Shown: positions 41,494 to 51,623, counted from the stretch's first letter. The stretch: DNA of 51,878 nucleotides from Hyphomicrobiales bacterium (GCA_022360615.1 JAKSCL010000323.1:1-51878), one strand, 5' to 3'. Notes: generated by a model from the letters alone, not told the origin. Numbers and translations are program-made.

Positions 41494-42093
41494 TCATACC
41501 GAAACCGGGGTGCGCATATCAATGGCGACAGGTTCATGACCGAATGAGCGGATCACGGTGAGGAGATCGTCGCGTGCAATTGTCACCGTCGCCTCGTTGG
41601 TCAGCGGATGGTAATTGAGGAACGTCTGCTCCAGCATTACCTGCTCCAATATTACCCGGACACAGCATTCCGTGTCATTGATAAGCGCGAACGGGCTGAC
41701 GGACCCTGGCTGTACGCCCAACACCTCCATAAGCAAATCCGGTTTGCCGAAAGACAAGCGCGCGGCGCCGATGGCCTTTGGCAGCGTTTTCAGGTCGACC
41801 GGCGTATCCTCAAGGCAGACAACGAGCCAAATCGCGCCTTTTTTGTCCTTCAGAAACAAGTTTTTACAATGGCCGCCGGGGATGTCTCCCCTAAGAGACC
41901 GGGAATCCTCGACTGTAAACAAAGGTGGATGGGTATGTATCTTGACGTCAATGCCGAGGGTATCCAAATGCACAAAAAGATCGTCCGGTGTGGCGGGCAT
42001 GGCCTTCGCTCGTGCTTGTCTCTGAAACGCGCTGCGCAGATTGTTAACGTCCGCATGCGATAGTTTGGTGAGCTGCGGGTCCGTCGCTTGCAT
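41494..42093 (-). CDS. YbaK/ProX-family aminoacyl-tRNA deacylase domain protein
   Basis: HCKNLFLKDKKG...LGVQPGSVSPFALIND pattern. Confidence 0.85.
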   Translation of the reverse strand: MQATDPQLTKLSHADVNNLRSAFQRQARAKAMPATPDDLFVHLDTLGIDVKIHTHPPLFTVEDSRSLRGDIPGGHCKNLFLKDKKGAIWLVVCLEDTPVDLKTLPKAIGAARLSFGKPDLLMEVLGVQPGSVSPFALINDTECCVRVILEQVMLEQTFLNYHPLTNEATVTIARDDLLTVIRSFGHEPVAIDMRTPVSV

Positions 42094-42159
42094 TCAGCTG
42101 CGGGCTTCTGTATTAACCGGGGCTCTTGAAGGGTCAACCAGATTTGACCTTGCGTTTCA

Positions 42160-42234
42160 GCGGGCGTAGCTCAGGGGTAGAGCACAACCTTGCCAAGGTT
42201 GGGGTCGTGAGTTCGAATCTCATCGCCCGCTCCA
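42160..42234 (+). tRNA. tRNA-Gly (anticodon GCC), CCA encoded
   Basis: Manual cloverleaf: acceptor GCGGGCG/CGCCCGC, D arm GCTC-AGGGGTA-GAGC, anticodon stem CAACC/GGTTG with loop TTGCCAA, T arm GTGAG-TTCGAAT-CTCAT. Confidence 0.95.
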
Positions 42235-42276
42235 GTTTCTAAAAAGTAGATTCCAGAACCGCGGTTCGAAGTCGCG

Positions 42277-43401
42277 TCAAAAGGCTTCCCGGCGACGGCG
42301 TGGGCTGCGGTACCCGTCGCAAGAGCTTTCAACCGCGTTGATGTCCCGCAGACTTTCCAGCCGCGCGAGCGTCCGTTTGAATGCCTGAGCCTTTTCGGGC
42401 AGGAAAGGGACCTGAGCGGCGGCGAAGTCAATAGCCGCCTTTTCCCAAGAGAGTTTTTCAGCCTCCCTCCGGCAGGAAACCGGTGAGAGCGGCAGAGCCA
42501 GACGAATGGCTTCTTCGAGGTTCTCAGACATCGCGCCCGTAACGCCCTCGATGACGAATTCCTTTGGTCCCTGGACCGGAAAGGCCGCGATTGGCAGACC
42601 GGATGCCGCGGCTTCGCGCAGCACATTGGCGAGGACGTCGGTTCGTGATGGAAAGACGAAGAGATCGGCCGATGCGTAACAGCGGGCGAGATCTTCGCCG
42701 AGCTTCTGCCCCAAGAAAAGCGTGTCTGGAAACTGTGCCTCAAGCTCCTTCCGTTGCGGTCCTTCGCCTACTACGACTTTTGTGCCGGGAACATCGAGCG
42801 ACAAAAAGGCGGGAAGGTTCTTCTCACGCGCCACGCGACCCACGAACAGACAGACAGGTTTCTCAAGGTTGCCGAACAGCCCGTCCTTTTTTGGATGAAA
42901 CAGTTCGGTGTCGACACCCATGGTGGTGGCTTTCAGGTTCCGTAAGCCCCGCGCCTCAAGCCTCTGGATGAGATCGCCCTTTGCGCTTAGAACCGTGGCG
43001 GAGCGGCGGTGAAACCAGCGCATGATGGCGTAGCTGAACCACAGCGGTATGCCGAAATTGATCTTGCAGTATTCAGGCGATTGGGTTGTGTAGGAGGTGG
43101 TGAAGCGGCCGCCCCGGCGCAGCGCCAGATTGCGGGCGGCGATGCCAAGAAACCCTTCCGTGATGATGTGTATGGCGTCGGGGTCGAAAGCATCGATGTG
43201 ACGCGCCAGCGCACGTTCCACCGGCGGCAGAACGAAACGGGCCGGCGCATAGCCGGGGATTGGGTGATTCCGGAAGTGCTGTGGGCCGACCAGTTGAACG
43301 GTTACGCCCAGCTTTTCGAGGTGTTCGATTACGTTGCCGATACGGATAATGACGCCATCGATCTTCGGCTTCCAGACATCGGTAACGAGAAGGAGGCGCA
43401 T
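42277..43401 (-). CDS. GT4-family (group 1) glycosyltransferase
   Basis: MRLLLVTDVWKPKIDGVI N-terminus, and a C-terminal half that looks like the GT-B fold (SRTDVLANVLREAAASGLP is my tentative reading of the E-x7-E region). Confidence 0.85.
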   Translation of the reverse strand: MRLLLVTDVWKPKIDGVIIRIGNVIEHLEKLGVTVQLVGPQHFRNHPIPGYAPARFVLPPVERALARHIDAFDPDAIHIITEGFLGIAARNLALRRGGRFTTSYTTQSPEYCKINFGIPLWFSYAIMRWFHRRSATVLSAKGDLIQRLEARGLRNLKATTMGVDTELFHPKKDGLFGNLEKPVCLFVGRVAREKNLPAFLSLDVPGTKVVVGEGPQRKELEAQFPDTLFLGQKLGEDLARCYASADLFVFPSRTDVLANVLREAAASGLPIAAFPVQGPKEFVIEGVTGAMSENLEEAIRLALPLSPVSCRREAEKLSWEKAAIDFAAAQVPFLPEKAQAFKRTLARLESLRDINAVESSCDGYRSPRRRREAF

Positions 43402-43572
43402 GTGCTCTGGCATCCTTAGCCGGAAGCGCACGGATGGCGGTGTGCGTCCTTCGGCTGCAATTGGGGTTGGCGCTTAATTAGCGATTGTGCACATTGTCCG
43501 CCACCTTTTGCCACCAGGGGGGCGTTCGGTGATCCCAAACCCCTTCGCAACGACGAGCGGTGTACCTCCCGC

Positions 43573-44721
43573 ATGCGCGCCAGTCCAATTGAAATCAGCG
43601 AGGTTACTGCGGGCTCGGACATGGACGAATTCGTGCGGCTTCCTTCACGGCTCTATTCCGGTGAACCGCATTATATCGCGCCGCTCTATCAAAGCGTGCG
43701 CGACAGACTTGACCGGAGAAAGAATCCCTTCTTCCGGAAAGGTGAAGCAGCTTTCTTTCTCGCGCGCCGGAACGGTCATTGTGTCGGACGCATCAGTGCC
43801 CAGTTTCATCGGCCCCATTTGGAGCGTTATCACGATGCGACCGGGCATTTCGGCTTTCTAGCGGCTGAAAACGATTTGGAAACCGTCTCAGCTCTCCTCA
43901 GAACGGCGGAGAGCTGGGCGGCCGCCCGGGGCATCACGAGGCTCACCGGCCCTTTCAGCCTGACGATCAATGACGAAAGCGGGCTTCTCATCGAAGGCTT
44001 CGACACGCCTTCGACTATCATGATGCCGCACGATCCCCCCTATCTTGGAGGGCTTGTCGAAGCCTGCGGCTATGCCAAGGTGCGCGATCTCTATTCCTAC
44101 CGTTTCGGTCATTTCGGCACGCCACCGAAAATGCTGAGCGATATAGAAAAACGGATGCAGGACATCGACGGTTTGGTGATCCGCCATTTCGATATGCGGA
44201 ATTACCAGGATGAAGCCACCCGCGTCTTTACGGTTTTTAACGAGGCCTGGGAAGAGAATTGGGGCTTCGTGCCTCTTGATGCGGACGACGTTCGCCATAT
44301 GGCGGCGGAACTGCGCCCGATCATCAATCCGCGCATGGCTTGGCTGGCGGAAGTCAACGGCGAGCCGGTCGGAACGTTGATCATGGTTCCCGACGTGAAC
44401 CAGGCGCTCATCGGTATCGGCCCCAAACCGTCGCCCCTTGGCTGGTTGCGTCTCCTTTACCGCCTGAAGGTAAAGGGTGTGCCCGTTTGTCGCGTGGCAA
44501 TCGCCGGCGTCTCCCGGCGGTTCAAAAACAGACGGCGGCGGCTTCTCATCTTCGCGGCGCTGAACGCGGCGATTTTCCGGCTTAACCGGAACCGTTTTCA
44601 CGGCACTGTCGAAGTCGGCTGGATGCTGGAAGACAATGCCGACATTTTAAGCTGGATGCGTGCGCTCGGCGCGAAGAAGGCGAAAACGCATCGCGTTTAT
44701 GAAAAGACGTTTGCGCCGTGA
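43573..44721 (+). CDS. large GNAT-like protein of unknown function (a family I recall being annotated N-acetyltransferase or dATP pyrophosphohydrolase)
   Basis: FVRLPSRLYSGEPHYIAPL...GRISAQ...GHFGFL...LTGPFSLTINDESGLLIEGFDTP pattern, recognised from memory only. Confidence 0.65.
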   Translation: MRASPIEISEVTAGSDMDEFVRLPSRLYSGEPHYIAPLYQSVRDRLDRRKNPFFRKGEAAFFLARRNGHCVGRISAQFHRPHLERYHDATGHFGFLAAENDLETVSALLRTAESWAAARGITRLTGPFSLTINDESGLLIEGFDTPSTIMMPHDPPYLGGLVEACGYAKVRDLYSYRFGHFGTPPKMLSDIEKRMQDIDGLVIRHFDMRNYQDEATRVFTVFNEAWEENWGFVPLDADDVRHMAAELRPIINPRMAWLAEVNGEPVGTLIMVPDVNQALIGIGPKPSPLGWLRLLYRLKVKGVPVCRVAIAGVSRRFKNRRRRLLIFAALNAAIFRLNRNRFHGTVEVGWMLEDNADILSWMRALGAKKAKTHRVYEKTFAP

Positions 44722-44754
44722 GCAATTGCATCCTCTGCCACAAGGTCCTTTGAC

Positions 44755-45561
44755 ATGGAGAGCTTGACCCTTTTCGGCCGTCCGCCGGTGCCCGAGACAA
44801 TCGCGATCACCGGCGCATCGCGCGGGATTGGCCGGGCGCTTGCCATTGAATACGCCGATGCGGGACGCACGCTCTTTTTGTCGGCGCGGAAAAGGGAAAG
44901 GCTTCAAGATACGGCGGAAGACTGCCGTGCCTTTGGCGCCGCCGTTGAAACGGCCGTTGTCGATGTGACAGACGCCGATGCGGTACGGTCATGGCTGTTG
45001 GATGCTGAAGCCGTAAAACCTATCGATCTCTTGATTGCGAATGCGGGCGTTTCATCCGGCACGGGTCCGAATCGGGAGCCGGAGACGGAAGCCGGGCTCC
45101 AGAAGCTGTTCGATGTGAACTTTCAAGGGGTGGTGAATACGATCCAGCCCATCATGCCCTTGATGGCTGAGCGCAAGCGGGGCCAGATCGCGCTGATCAC
45201 ATCGGCGGCGGGTTATCGCGGCGTGCCGCAATCGCCTGGCTATGCCGCGAGCAAAGCTGCCGCCCGGGTCTATGGCGAGGGTCTGCGGGCCTATCTCGCC
45301 GAAGATGGTGTCTTTATTACCGTGGTCTCCCCCGGTTACGTGGAGACCGATATGAGCGGCCGTCTCGCCGGTCCGCGCCCATTTCTCATCTCCGCCGAAA
45401 AAGCGGCGCGGATCATCCGGCGCGGGCTTGCCGCCGGACGCGGCGATATCGTTTTTCCATTCGCCTTCCGCCTTGTTCCGCTTGCGGTGTCGCTTTTGCC
45501 CGCCCGTTTCGGCGACCGGCTTTTACGCCGTTATCCCTACGGCATTGCAGAGGACAAGTAG
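44755..45561 (+). CDS. short-chain dehydrogenase/reductase (SDR)
   Basis: TGASRGIG cofactor motif, NAG, YAASKAA catalytic motif. Confidence 0.88.
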   Translation: MESLTLFGRPPVPETIAITGASRGIGRALAIEYADAGRTLFLSARKRERLQDTAEDCRAFGAAVETAVVDVTDADAVRSWLLDAEAVKPIDLLIANAGVSSGTGPNREPETEAGLQKLFDVNFQGVVNTIQPIMPLMAERKRGQIALITSAAGYRGVPQSPGYAASKAAARVYGEGLRAYLAEDGVFITVVSPGYVETDMSGRLAGPRPFLISAEKAARIIRRGLAAGRGDIVFPFAFRLVPLAVSLLPARFGDRLLRRYPYGIAEDK

Positions 45562-45568
45562 CAGCAAA

Positions 45569-46804
45569 CTATCGCGCGCGCCTGAAAGGCGCACGGGCAA
45601 CAAGGCAAACGAGTGCCGCGCAGGCCATTCCGGCAAGTGTCCAGTTAATGCCAATCCATTCCGCCGCACCGCCGACAATCAGAACCGCGCCTTGTGCGCA
45701 GAGAATCACCGCGGCCATGACCCAAGACAACGCCTCCGCCTGTGCGCTCCGGCTAACCGCCTTTTGAACGCCGGTGGCGATGATCGCGGGAAGCGGGCCA
45801 ATCGCCATCCCGCCGAGGAAGCCGACGACAAGAAGGATGGCAAAAGCGGGCATCGCGATGAGGATGATCGCGCAAACGCCAAGCACCAAAGCGGCAAGCG
45901 CGGTTTCCATGTGCCCGGCGGCGCCTGAGACGAAACGGCTGTGGAGAAGCGCGCCCGTGACGGCGCCCGCATTTCCGGCAACGAAAAGCAAGGCCAGCCG
46001 GCTTGCGTCGAGATCAAGGATGATGGCCATGGCGGGAACGATGCCACGCTCGAATGCCTGGGCAAGCGCGATCAAGCCACCGCCTGTTGCGAGAATAAGA
46101 ATCAGTCCCCGATGGTTTGATGCTTCGATGAAGGCCGCTTTTGCCCGGGCTACGACATTGTCTGCTTTTTCTTGGGCTCCGCCACCGATGCGGTCGCGCG
46201 GGGCGCCTAAAGCGGTCAAGAGGAAGGCTGTGGCCGATAGAATGATCGTGACGGTGACCGTTGTATCGACTCCAAAACGGTCGATGAGGAGCCCGGCTCC
46301 CAGAACGCCTGTGACGGTTCCCAGATAAAGCGGGACCATCAAAAGCGTGTTCAGCCGGGTGAGCGGGATGCCCGCATAGCGTCCCATGGCGGGAAGCTGC
46401 ATCCGGTCTGCAATCACCACCGGACTGACAATCATCGTTCCCAAGATCGCCACCGCGATCACGATTGGGAATCGCACTTCGGCGAAACCGGAAAAGAGCA
46501 GGAAGCCGCCGCATAGCAGGGTGAGAAGGCAGCGCGAAACGATCGCAAGCCGCTTTGCGCCGAAGCGGCGAACCAGACCTCCGGCAAAGAAGGTCGCAAG
46601 AAGGTTTGGGATTTCCATAACCGCGATGAAAAGCGAGACCAGAGCCGCGTTCTGAGTCAGTTCCAGCGCGAGCCAGAACAGCGTCATGCGCAACATGTTC
46701 CAGGCGAGCATCTGCACGCCAAGGGCCGCGGCGATCGCGGTGACCGGCAAACGGCGGTTGGAAGGCTGGGCGTAAAAGTCCGCGCGGGTCTGCGCCGTAA
46801 CCAT
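45569..46804 (-). CDS. MFS transporter
   Basis: 411 aa and strongly hydrophobic throughout, consistent with the usual 12-TM MFS layout (helices not counted), with basic inter-helix loops. Confidence 0.8.
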   Translation of the reverse strand: MVTAQTRADFYAQPSNRRLPVTAIAAALGVQMLAWNMLRMTLFWLALELTQNAALVSLFIAVMEIPNLLATFFAGGLVRRFGAKRLAIVSRCLLTLLCGGFLLFSGFAEVRFPIVIAVAILGTMIVSPVVIADRMQLPAMGRYAGIPLTRLNTLLMVPLYLGTVTGVLGAGLLIDRFGVDTTVTVTIILSATAFLLTALGAPRDRIGGGAQEKADNVVARAKAAFIEASNHRGLILILATGGGLIALAQAFERGIVPAMAIILDLDASRLALLFVAGNAGAVTGALLHSRFVSGAAGHMETALAALVLGVCAIILIAMPAFAILLVVGFLGGMAIGPLPAIIATGVQKAVSRSAQAEALSWVMAAVILCAQGAVLIVGGAAEWIGINWTLAGMACAALVCLVARAPFRRAR

Positions 46805-46932
46805 AAGAAGGCTCTTAGATTATCGATTGGAGATGCGTTTATGGGGGGAGATACGTTCTTGGTGTTTAGCCAGACCACCAAAAGACGCCGGCATATGTGT
46901 GGCTGCGATCAAATTCGGGCAGGTTTTTCGCT

Positions 46933-47799
46933 TCACTTTCCCGCAGGACGGTGAGCGGCGTTCCACTTGATGAGGTTTTCATTGGCCTCTTGGAGCGCCG
47001 GCACACTCTGCGCTAGACGCAGGATAAACCGGTTCATCGCTTCGACCGGGGCGGGAACCGGCCGTAGGAAATCGACAAAAAGCACCACACGGTTCTCATC
47101 GCTCAGATTCCCGGCGGAGTGGATGTAGCGGTCGTCGAAAATGAGGCTTTTTCCCTCTTCCCAACGTTTCGTGGTGCCATGAACGGTCATGTAACATAGC
47201 CGGGAATCGGGGATTTTGATTCCCATATGATAACGCAAAAAGGCGTTGAAACTGCCGCGGTGGGCTTTCAATTCCTTGCCAGGCGACATGATCGAGAAGA
47301 AGGCCGTGGTCATGCCCGGAATGCGTTCCACGAGGGCCGCGGTTTTCGGGCAACGCCGGCAGTTCTCATCATTGCGCGCACCCATTCCATAAAAGAAGAA
47401 GGTCAGCCAGTCGCGGCCGGTGGCAAGCCCGGCCTGGGACGGTGCAACGTCATGGAATGCGGGAATGGTGTCTTCTTCGGAGAGAAGCGCATCAAGCTCT
47501 TCACGGATGTTCGGCCATCCCGCTTCGATTTCGGCTGCCCAAGGAAACCGGTCATTGTCGAAGAAGGGCGGATTGCCGACTTTCGACGTGATGCGGTTGA
47601 TGAGGCTGGGGACGCCGAGGACAGCCCAGAATATGGAATGCTCAAGCCAACGGGGCAGTTTAGTCGGACGTTTCGCGGGTTCAGTGAAGGTGTCTTCGTC
47701 CTGCGCGCGTGTCTCTGTCATATGTTGGCTTTCACTAGCGGGGTGTGGCAATTCGTTTGTGGAAAGAGCGTGGTTTAAAGACGCGCGTGGATATCGCAT
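46933..47799 (-). CDS. aspartyl/asparaginyl beta-hydroxylase family (LpxO/OlsC-like) Fe(II)/2-oxoglutarate dioxygenase
   Basis: FFSIMSPGKELKAHRGSFNAFLRYHMGI...IFDDRYIHSA core. Start uncertain; ATG 47799 has AAGG 7 nt upstream (alternatives 47832, 47721). Confidence 0.82.
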   Translation of the reverse strand: MRYPRASLNHALSTNELPHPASESQHMTETRAQDEDTFTEPAKRPTKLPRWLEHSIFWAVLGVPSLINRITSKVGNPPFFDNDRFPWAAEIEAGWPNIREELDALLSEEDTIPAFHDVAPSQAGLATGRDWLTFFFYGMGARNDENCRRCPKTAALVERIPGMTTAFFSIMSPGKELKAHRGSFNAFLRYHMGIKIPDSRLCYMTVHGTTKRWEEGKSLIFDDRYIHSAGNLSDENRVVLFVDFLRPVPAPVEAMNRFILRLAQSVPALQEANENLIKWNAAHRPAGK

Positions 47800-47993
47800 G
47801 CTTCTGCCTTTGACGAAAAGGCGATTTGTCATGTCAAATAACTAGAGCCCTTTGGAGAAGCTCAAAGGGCTCCGGATGCACGTTTTGATTAAATGGCCTG
47901 AGGTTTTACCTCTTTCGGTTGTGATGCTTTCAACCCATGCATTTTATCCCTATAGAATGATCCGGATTGCGACAGTTTCACGGGGAGCCGCCA

Positions 47994-49304
47994 ATGATGG
48001 ATGACGACACCATCGAACCGGAAGCGCTTGCTGGATATGGCGGACAAGCTTTCGATGAATGCGGAAGTGCCGATTTCTTTGAACGGGCCCGCGCCGAGGC
48101 AGACTATTTCAATCTGTGTTTGCGCAATGGGGTAAACACGTTTCAAAGCCATTTTTCAGGAGCCGCCGGCGCCACCATCGACCGTGGCAGGTGCGCAGAA
48201 GAAACATCGGAAGGCCTGAATTTTGGATCGCAGGACTACCTCTCCTTGAACGTTCATCAGGCCGTCCATGCCGCCGCCAAGCGTGCCATCGACGAGCAGG
48301 GTGTCCATTCGGCGGGTTCGGCGATCCTATCCGGCATCACCGATAGTGCGCTCGCGCTTGAAAGCGAACTTGCCGATTTCGTTCAAATGGCGGATGTGAC
48401 GATATTTCCGATCGGTTGGGCGGCCGGTTTCGGTCTGATTACCAGCCTTGTGCGTCCCGACGATCATGTCGTGATCGACTTTTTGGCGCATGCCTGCCTG
48501 CGGCAGGGGGCAGCGTCGGCAACAAAAAATGTTCATCCGATGCCGCATCTTTCGCTGACGCATGTGGAACGCTGCTTGAAACGCATCCGGGCAACGGATG
48601 CAAAGAACGGGATTCTGGTGGTTACCGAAACGCTGTTCTCAATGGATAGCGACGTCCCGGATCTTGTTGCCCTCCAAGACATCTGCCGGAATTACGGTGC
48701 AACGCTCTTCGTCGATGCGGCTCATGATCTGGGCGCAATTGCGCCTGAGGGCCGCGGTTTTCTCGAATTGCAGAGCCTGCTTGGCCGGGTCGATATCATG
48801 ATGGGTGCGTTCTCCAAGTCCTTTGCCGCCAATGGCGGCTTTATCGCCTCCAACGAACCTGCCTTGAAAATCCGTCTGCGCACGGGCTGCGGGCCGTCCA
48901 CTTTCACGAACGCCAGCTCTCCGGTTCAGGTCGCCGTCGTGCGTGCCGCGCTTCAGGTTATTCGCTCGCAAGACGGTGCTGAGCGGCGGCGGCGGCTGTT
49001 CAACAACGCCATTTACATCCGCGACCGCCTTACGGCCAGTGGCTTCGATGTGCTTGGTGAGCCCAGCGCCATCGTGCCGGTCATCCTGGGCGACCAGGCC
49101 GTTTCGCGGCTGATGACCAAATACGCCGTAGAGCACGGTGTTTATGTGAATCTGGCGGAATATCCGGCGGTTGCGCGCAATGCCTGCCGCTGGCGTTTGC
49201 AGATCATGGCGGACCATGAAAAGCGGCATCTCGACCGGTTCGTGGAAATCGCGGTCAAGGCACGCGATGCCGCTCAGTCGCGGCTGAGAAGCTCGGCCGC
49301 CTAA
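47994..49304 (+). CDS. PLP-dependent alpha-oxoamine synthase, serine-palmitoyltransferase-like
   Basis: DYLSL, HAC (for HAS), DAAH (for DEAH), and the lysine motif GAFSKSFAANGGF, which is closest to the SPT-type TFSKS..GGF. ATG 47994 follows GGGGAG. Confidence 0.85.
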   Translation: MMDDDTIEPEALAGYGGQAFDECGSADFFERARAEADYFNLCLRNGVNTFQSHFSGAAGATIDRGRCAEETSEGLNFGSQDYLSLNVHQAVHAAAKRAIDEQGVHSAGSAILSGITDSALALESELADFVQMADVTIFPIGWAAGFGLITSLVRPDDHVVIDFLAHACLRQGAASATKNVHPMPHLSLTHVERCLKRIRATDAKNGILVVTETLFSMDSDVPDLVALQDICRNYGATLFVDAAHDLGAIAPEGRGFLELQSLLGRVDIMMGAFSKSFAANGGFIASNEPALKIRLRTGCGPSTFTNASSPVQVAVVRAALQVIRSQDGAERRRRLFNNAIYIRDRLTASGFDVLGEPSAIVPVILGDQAVSRLMTKYAVEHGVYVNLAEYPAVARNACRWRLQIMADHEKRHLDRFVEIAVKARDAAQSRLRSSAA

Positions 49305-49574
49305 GCGGCCGCGTACCTTGTCGGGTTGTTCACGACAATCCAACGGCCCTCTGAAAAATAATAGATTTTGCCATATTAGCGTGGCCGATTTGCAAATGTG
49401 ACCGTAGCTTTTTACGCTGCCTTTTTGTCGACGCTTGACAGTCTGGTCTCTGCCCGTTTTCAAAATCCAGCGGGTATGCATCCGTTATCTGTGCGTGCTT
49501 TGGAAAGCGGCACATGGAGGCGTTTCCCGTGGAAGACTATTGGCTTTTGGACGCAAGGGGTTGGGGAGCAGTCG

Positions 49575-50249
49575 ATGTTCCGATTCGTCTTTCTTTGCAT
49601 GATTTCGCTTTTTGTCGCCTCTGGATCGGCGGACGCCGCCTGGCCTGACATCCCGATTGAAAAGGGTGATGCAGCGCCGCTGATCCAGGTCCAGGTTCAA
49701 AGCACGGCAAAAGAACCGAAAGCCGCACCGCATGTTTATCTGTTTCGCGGCTTTCTTGGTATTTTCTCAACGGGTATGGACACGCTTTCGGAAAAGCTCA
49801 AGGCGAGGGGCTACCGGACACGGGTCATGGCGCATGGCAGTTCGGGTGTGGCCGTCCGGCAGATCATTGAGGAGCACAAACGGCGCAAGGGCCGTTACCG
49901 CGTCGTTCTCGTCGGCCATTCCTTCGGTGCGAATGCCGCGCTGGCTGCGGCCGCCCGTCTGGCCGAACATAAAGTGCGCGTGGAGCTTGTGATCACATAC
50001 GATCCGACAAGACCCGGGCCAATCAGCGGCAATGTGCGGCGCTACATCAACATCTATCAGTCGGAAAATGGCCACGGAAGAGCGCTTATCGTGCCTGACG
50101 GCAAGTTCAGGAGACGGGTAAAAAATATCAATCTTCGAGACCGCGAGGATATTGACAATCGGGAGGTCGGGCATTTCAACATGGAAGAGCACGACACGTT
50201 GCATGCGGAGATGATCCGAGAAATCCGGCGGGTGGTGCGCCCGCGATAA
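49575..50249 (+). CDS. secreted alpha/beta-fold hydrolase (lipase/esterase-like)
   Basis: Signal peptide MFRFVFLCMISLFVASGSADA and the GHSFG nucleophile elbow. ATG 49575 follows GGGGAG. Confidence 0.7.
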   Translation: MFRFVFLCMISLFVASGSADAAWPDIPIEKGDAAPLIQVQVQSTAKEPKAAPHVYLFRGFLGIFSTGMDTLSEKLKARGYRTRVMAHGSSGVAVRQIIEEHKRRKGRYRVVLVGHSFGANAALAAAARLAEHKVRVELVITYDPTRPGPISGNVRRYINIYQSENGHGRALIVPDGKFRRRVKNINLRDREDIDNREVGHFNMEEHDTLHAEMIREIRRVVRPR

Positions 50250-50266
50250 AGTTCGTGGCGCTTGGA

Positions 50267-51601
50267 TCAGGCATGTCCGCGTGCCAATTCCCGCTGTAGC
50301 TCGCCCTTAAAGGCGTGATAGTCCACCTCGACGGCATGCCGCGCGGTGCGCTCGAACCGCCAATGGGGTGAGCGGATTTCGTTTTCGATCCGCGCCTTGA
50401 TATCGGCGGGCCGGTCAAGTTTGCCAGCAATCTGAAGCGCTGCGATACGGGCCTGGAGATCGGCCAGCGTCCAAATGCAGCCAATCGGCTGAAACAGGCC
50501 GATGAAGTGCAGGTTCGGTACATCGGCGGGCATCATCTTGAGGTACAGGGGGATGTCGAGCGCTTCCTCCCAATCGATGAAATCGGGATCGAAAAAGGGA
50601 AAGGCCGTGCGATAGCCGGTTGCCCAGATAATGACGTCGTAATCGTCTCGCGTCCCGTCAGTGAAATGGACGGTCGCACCGTCCAACGATTCGATCCCTT
50701 TTCTAACCAAGACATTGCCGTGGCGGATCTGATAGAGGATTTCGCTGTTGAGCGTCGGGTGCATCTCCATCACCCTAGCTTCAGGCTCCGCGAGCCCGTA
50801 ATGCTTGTAGCGGCCAACAGCCAAGCGGATGCCAAGTCGCAGGATGATTTGGCGCAGGCGCTTTGGAAAGGGCGTTAGCCGTTCATACATGACGTCAACG
50901 GGACGTCCGAGCACGATTTTCGGAATGATGTAATAGCCCCGCCTCAGGCTGATGGCGGTTTTCCCTGAAACGCGCGAGGTGTCGACGGCGATATCGCAGG
51001 CCGAGTTGCCGCCCCCGACAACAAGGACCCGCTTACCTTCAAAGGGTTTGGCCTTGCGATAATCGTGCGAATGGATTTGAACGCCGGAAAAAATGCCCGG
51101 GCAGTCCGGCGTATAGGGGCTCCAGTGATGGCCGGAGCAGACAATCAGATGGTCGAATTCCGTTTCATTTCCGCCCTCCGGGCCCATCGTGGCGATGCGC
51201 CAGCGGCCGCTGTCAAGGCGGGCCGCGTGTTCGACCTTGGTGTTAAAGCGGATTGGGTCCCGCAGGCCGAAATGGTCGGCATAAGCTTCGAAATAGCTCA
51301 GAATCTGCCGGTGCGACGGGAAATCGGGATAATCGGCCGGCATCGGGAAGTCATCGAAACTTGAGAGCTTCTTTGACGAGATGATGTGTGTCGATTGATA
51401 GACACTTGGATGTCCGGCTTCGTCCTTGTAGACCCAGTTGCCGCCCACTTGCCCCTGCGCTTCATAGCAGACCAGATTCTCAAGCCCCATGGCCCGGAGG
51501 TTCTTGATCGTTGCGAGACCTGAGGGTCCGGCGCCGATAATGCAAATACGGGGTGGCGGCATCTCGGAACCTTGATCGGTTGGGCGTTGCACGGCGCTCA
51601 T
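50267..51601 (-). CDS. class B flavin-containing monooxygenase (FMO / Baeyer-Villiger type)
   Basis: GAGPSGL FAD motif, FMO motif FSGVQIHSHDY, NADPH motif GGGNSACD. Start trimmed to ATG 51601 (GGAG upstream). Confidence 0.88.
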   Translation of the reverse strand: MSAVQRPTDQGSEMPPPRICIIGAGPSGLATIKNLRAMGLENLVCYEAQGQVGGNWVYKDEAGHPSVYQSTHIISSKKLSSFDDFPMPADYPDFPSHRQILSYFEAYADHFGLRDPIRFNTKVEHAARLDSGRWRIATMGPEGGNETEFDHLIVCSGHHWSPYTPDCPGIFSGVQIHSHDYRKAKPFEGKRVLVVGGGNSACDIAVDTSRVSGKTAISLRRGYYIIPKIVLGRPVDVMYERLTPFPKRLRQIILRLGIRLAVGRYKHYGLAEPEARVMEMHPTLNSEILYQIRHGNVLVRKGIESLDGATVHFTDGTRDDYDVIIWATGYRTAFPFFDPDFIDWEEALDIPLYLKMMPADVPNLHFIGLFQPIGCIWTLADLQARIAALQIAGKLDRPADIKARIENEIRSPHWRFERTARHAVEVDYHAFKGELQRELARGHA

Positions 51602-51623
51602 ATTCTCCAGACGTCTTTTTCGG

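Noticed and set aside
42160-43431. tRNA-Gly as the attachment site of a genomic island
   Set aside because: No integrase, recombinase or transposase gene is present. I found no repeat of the tRNA 3' end downstream, and there is no obvious GC shift.
48639-49481. 280-aa minus-strand ORF. The same reasoning applies to 43888..44601, 31568..32326, 38189..38716, 38415..39173 and 40883..41539.
   Set aside because: Each overlaps a motif-supported gene on the opposite strand or in another frame. None has a recognisable domain. These are typical GC-rich shadow ORFs.
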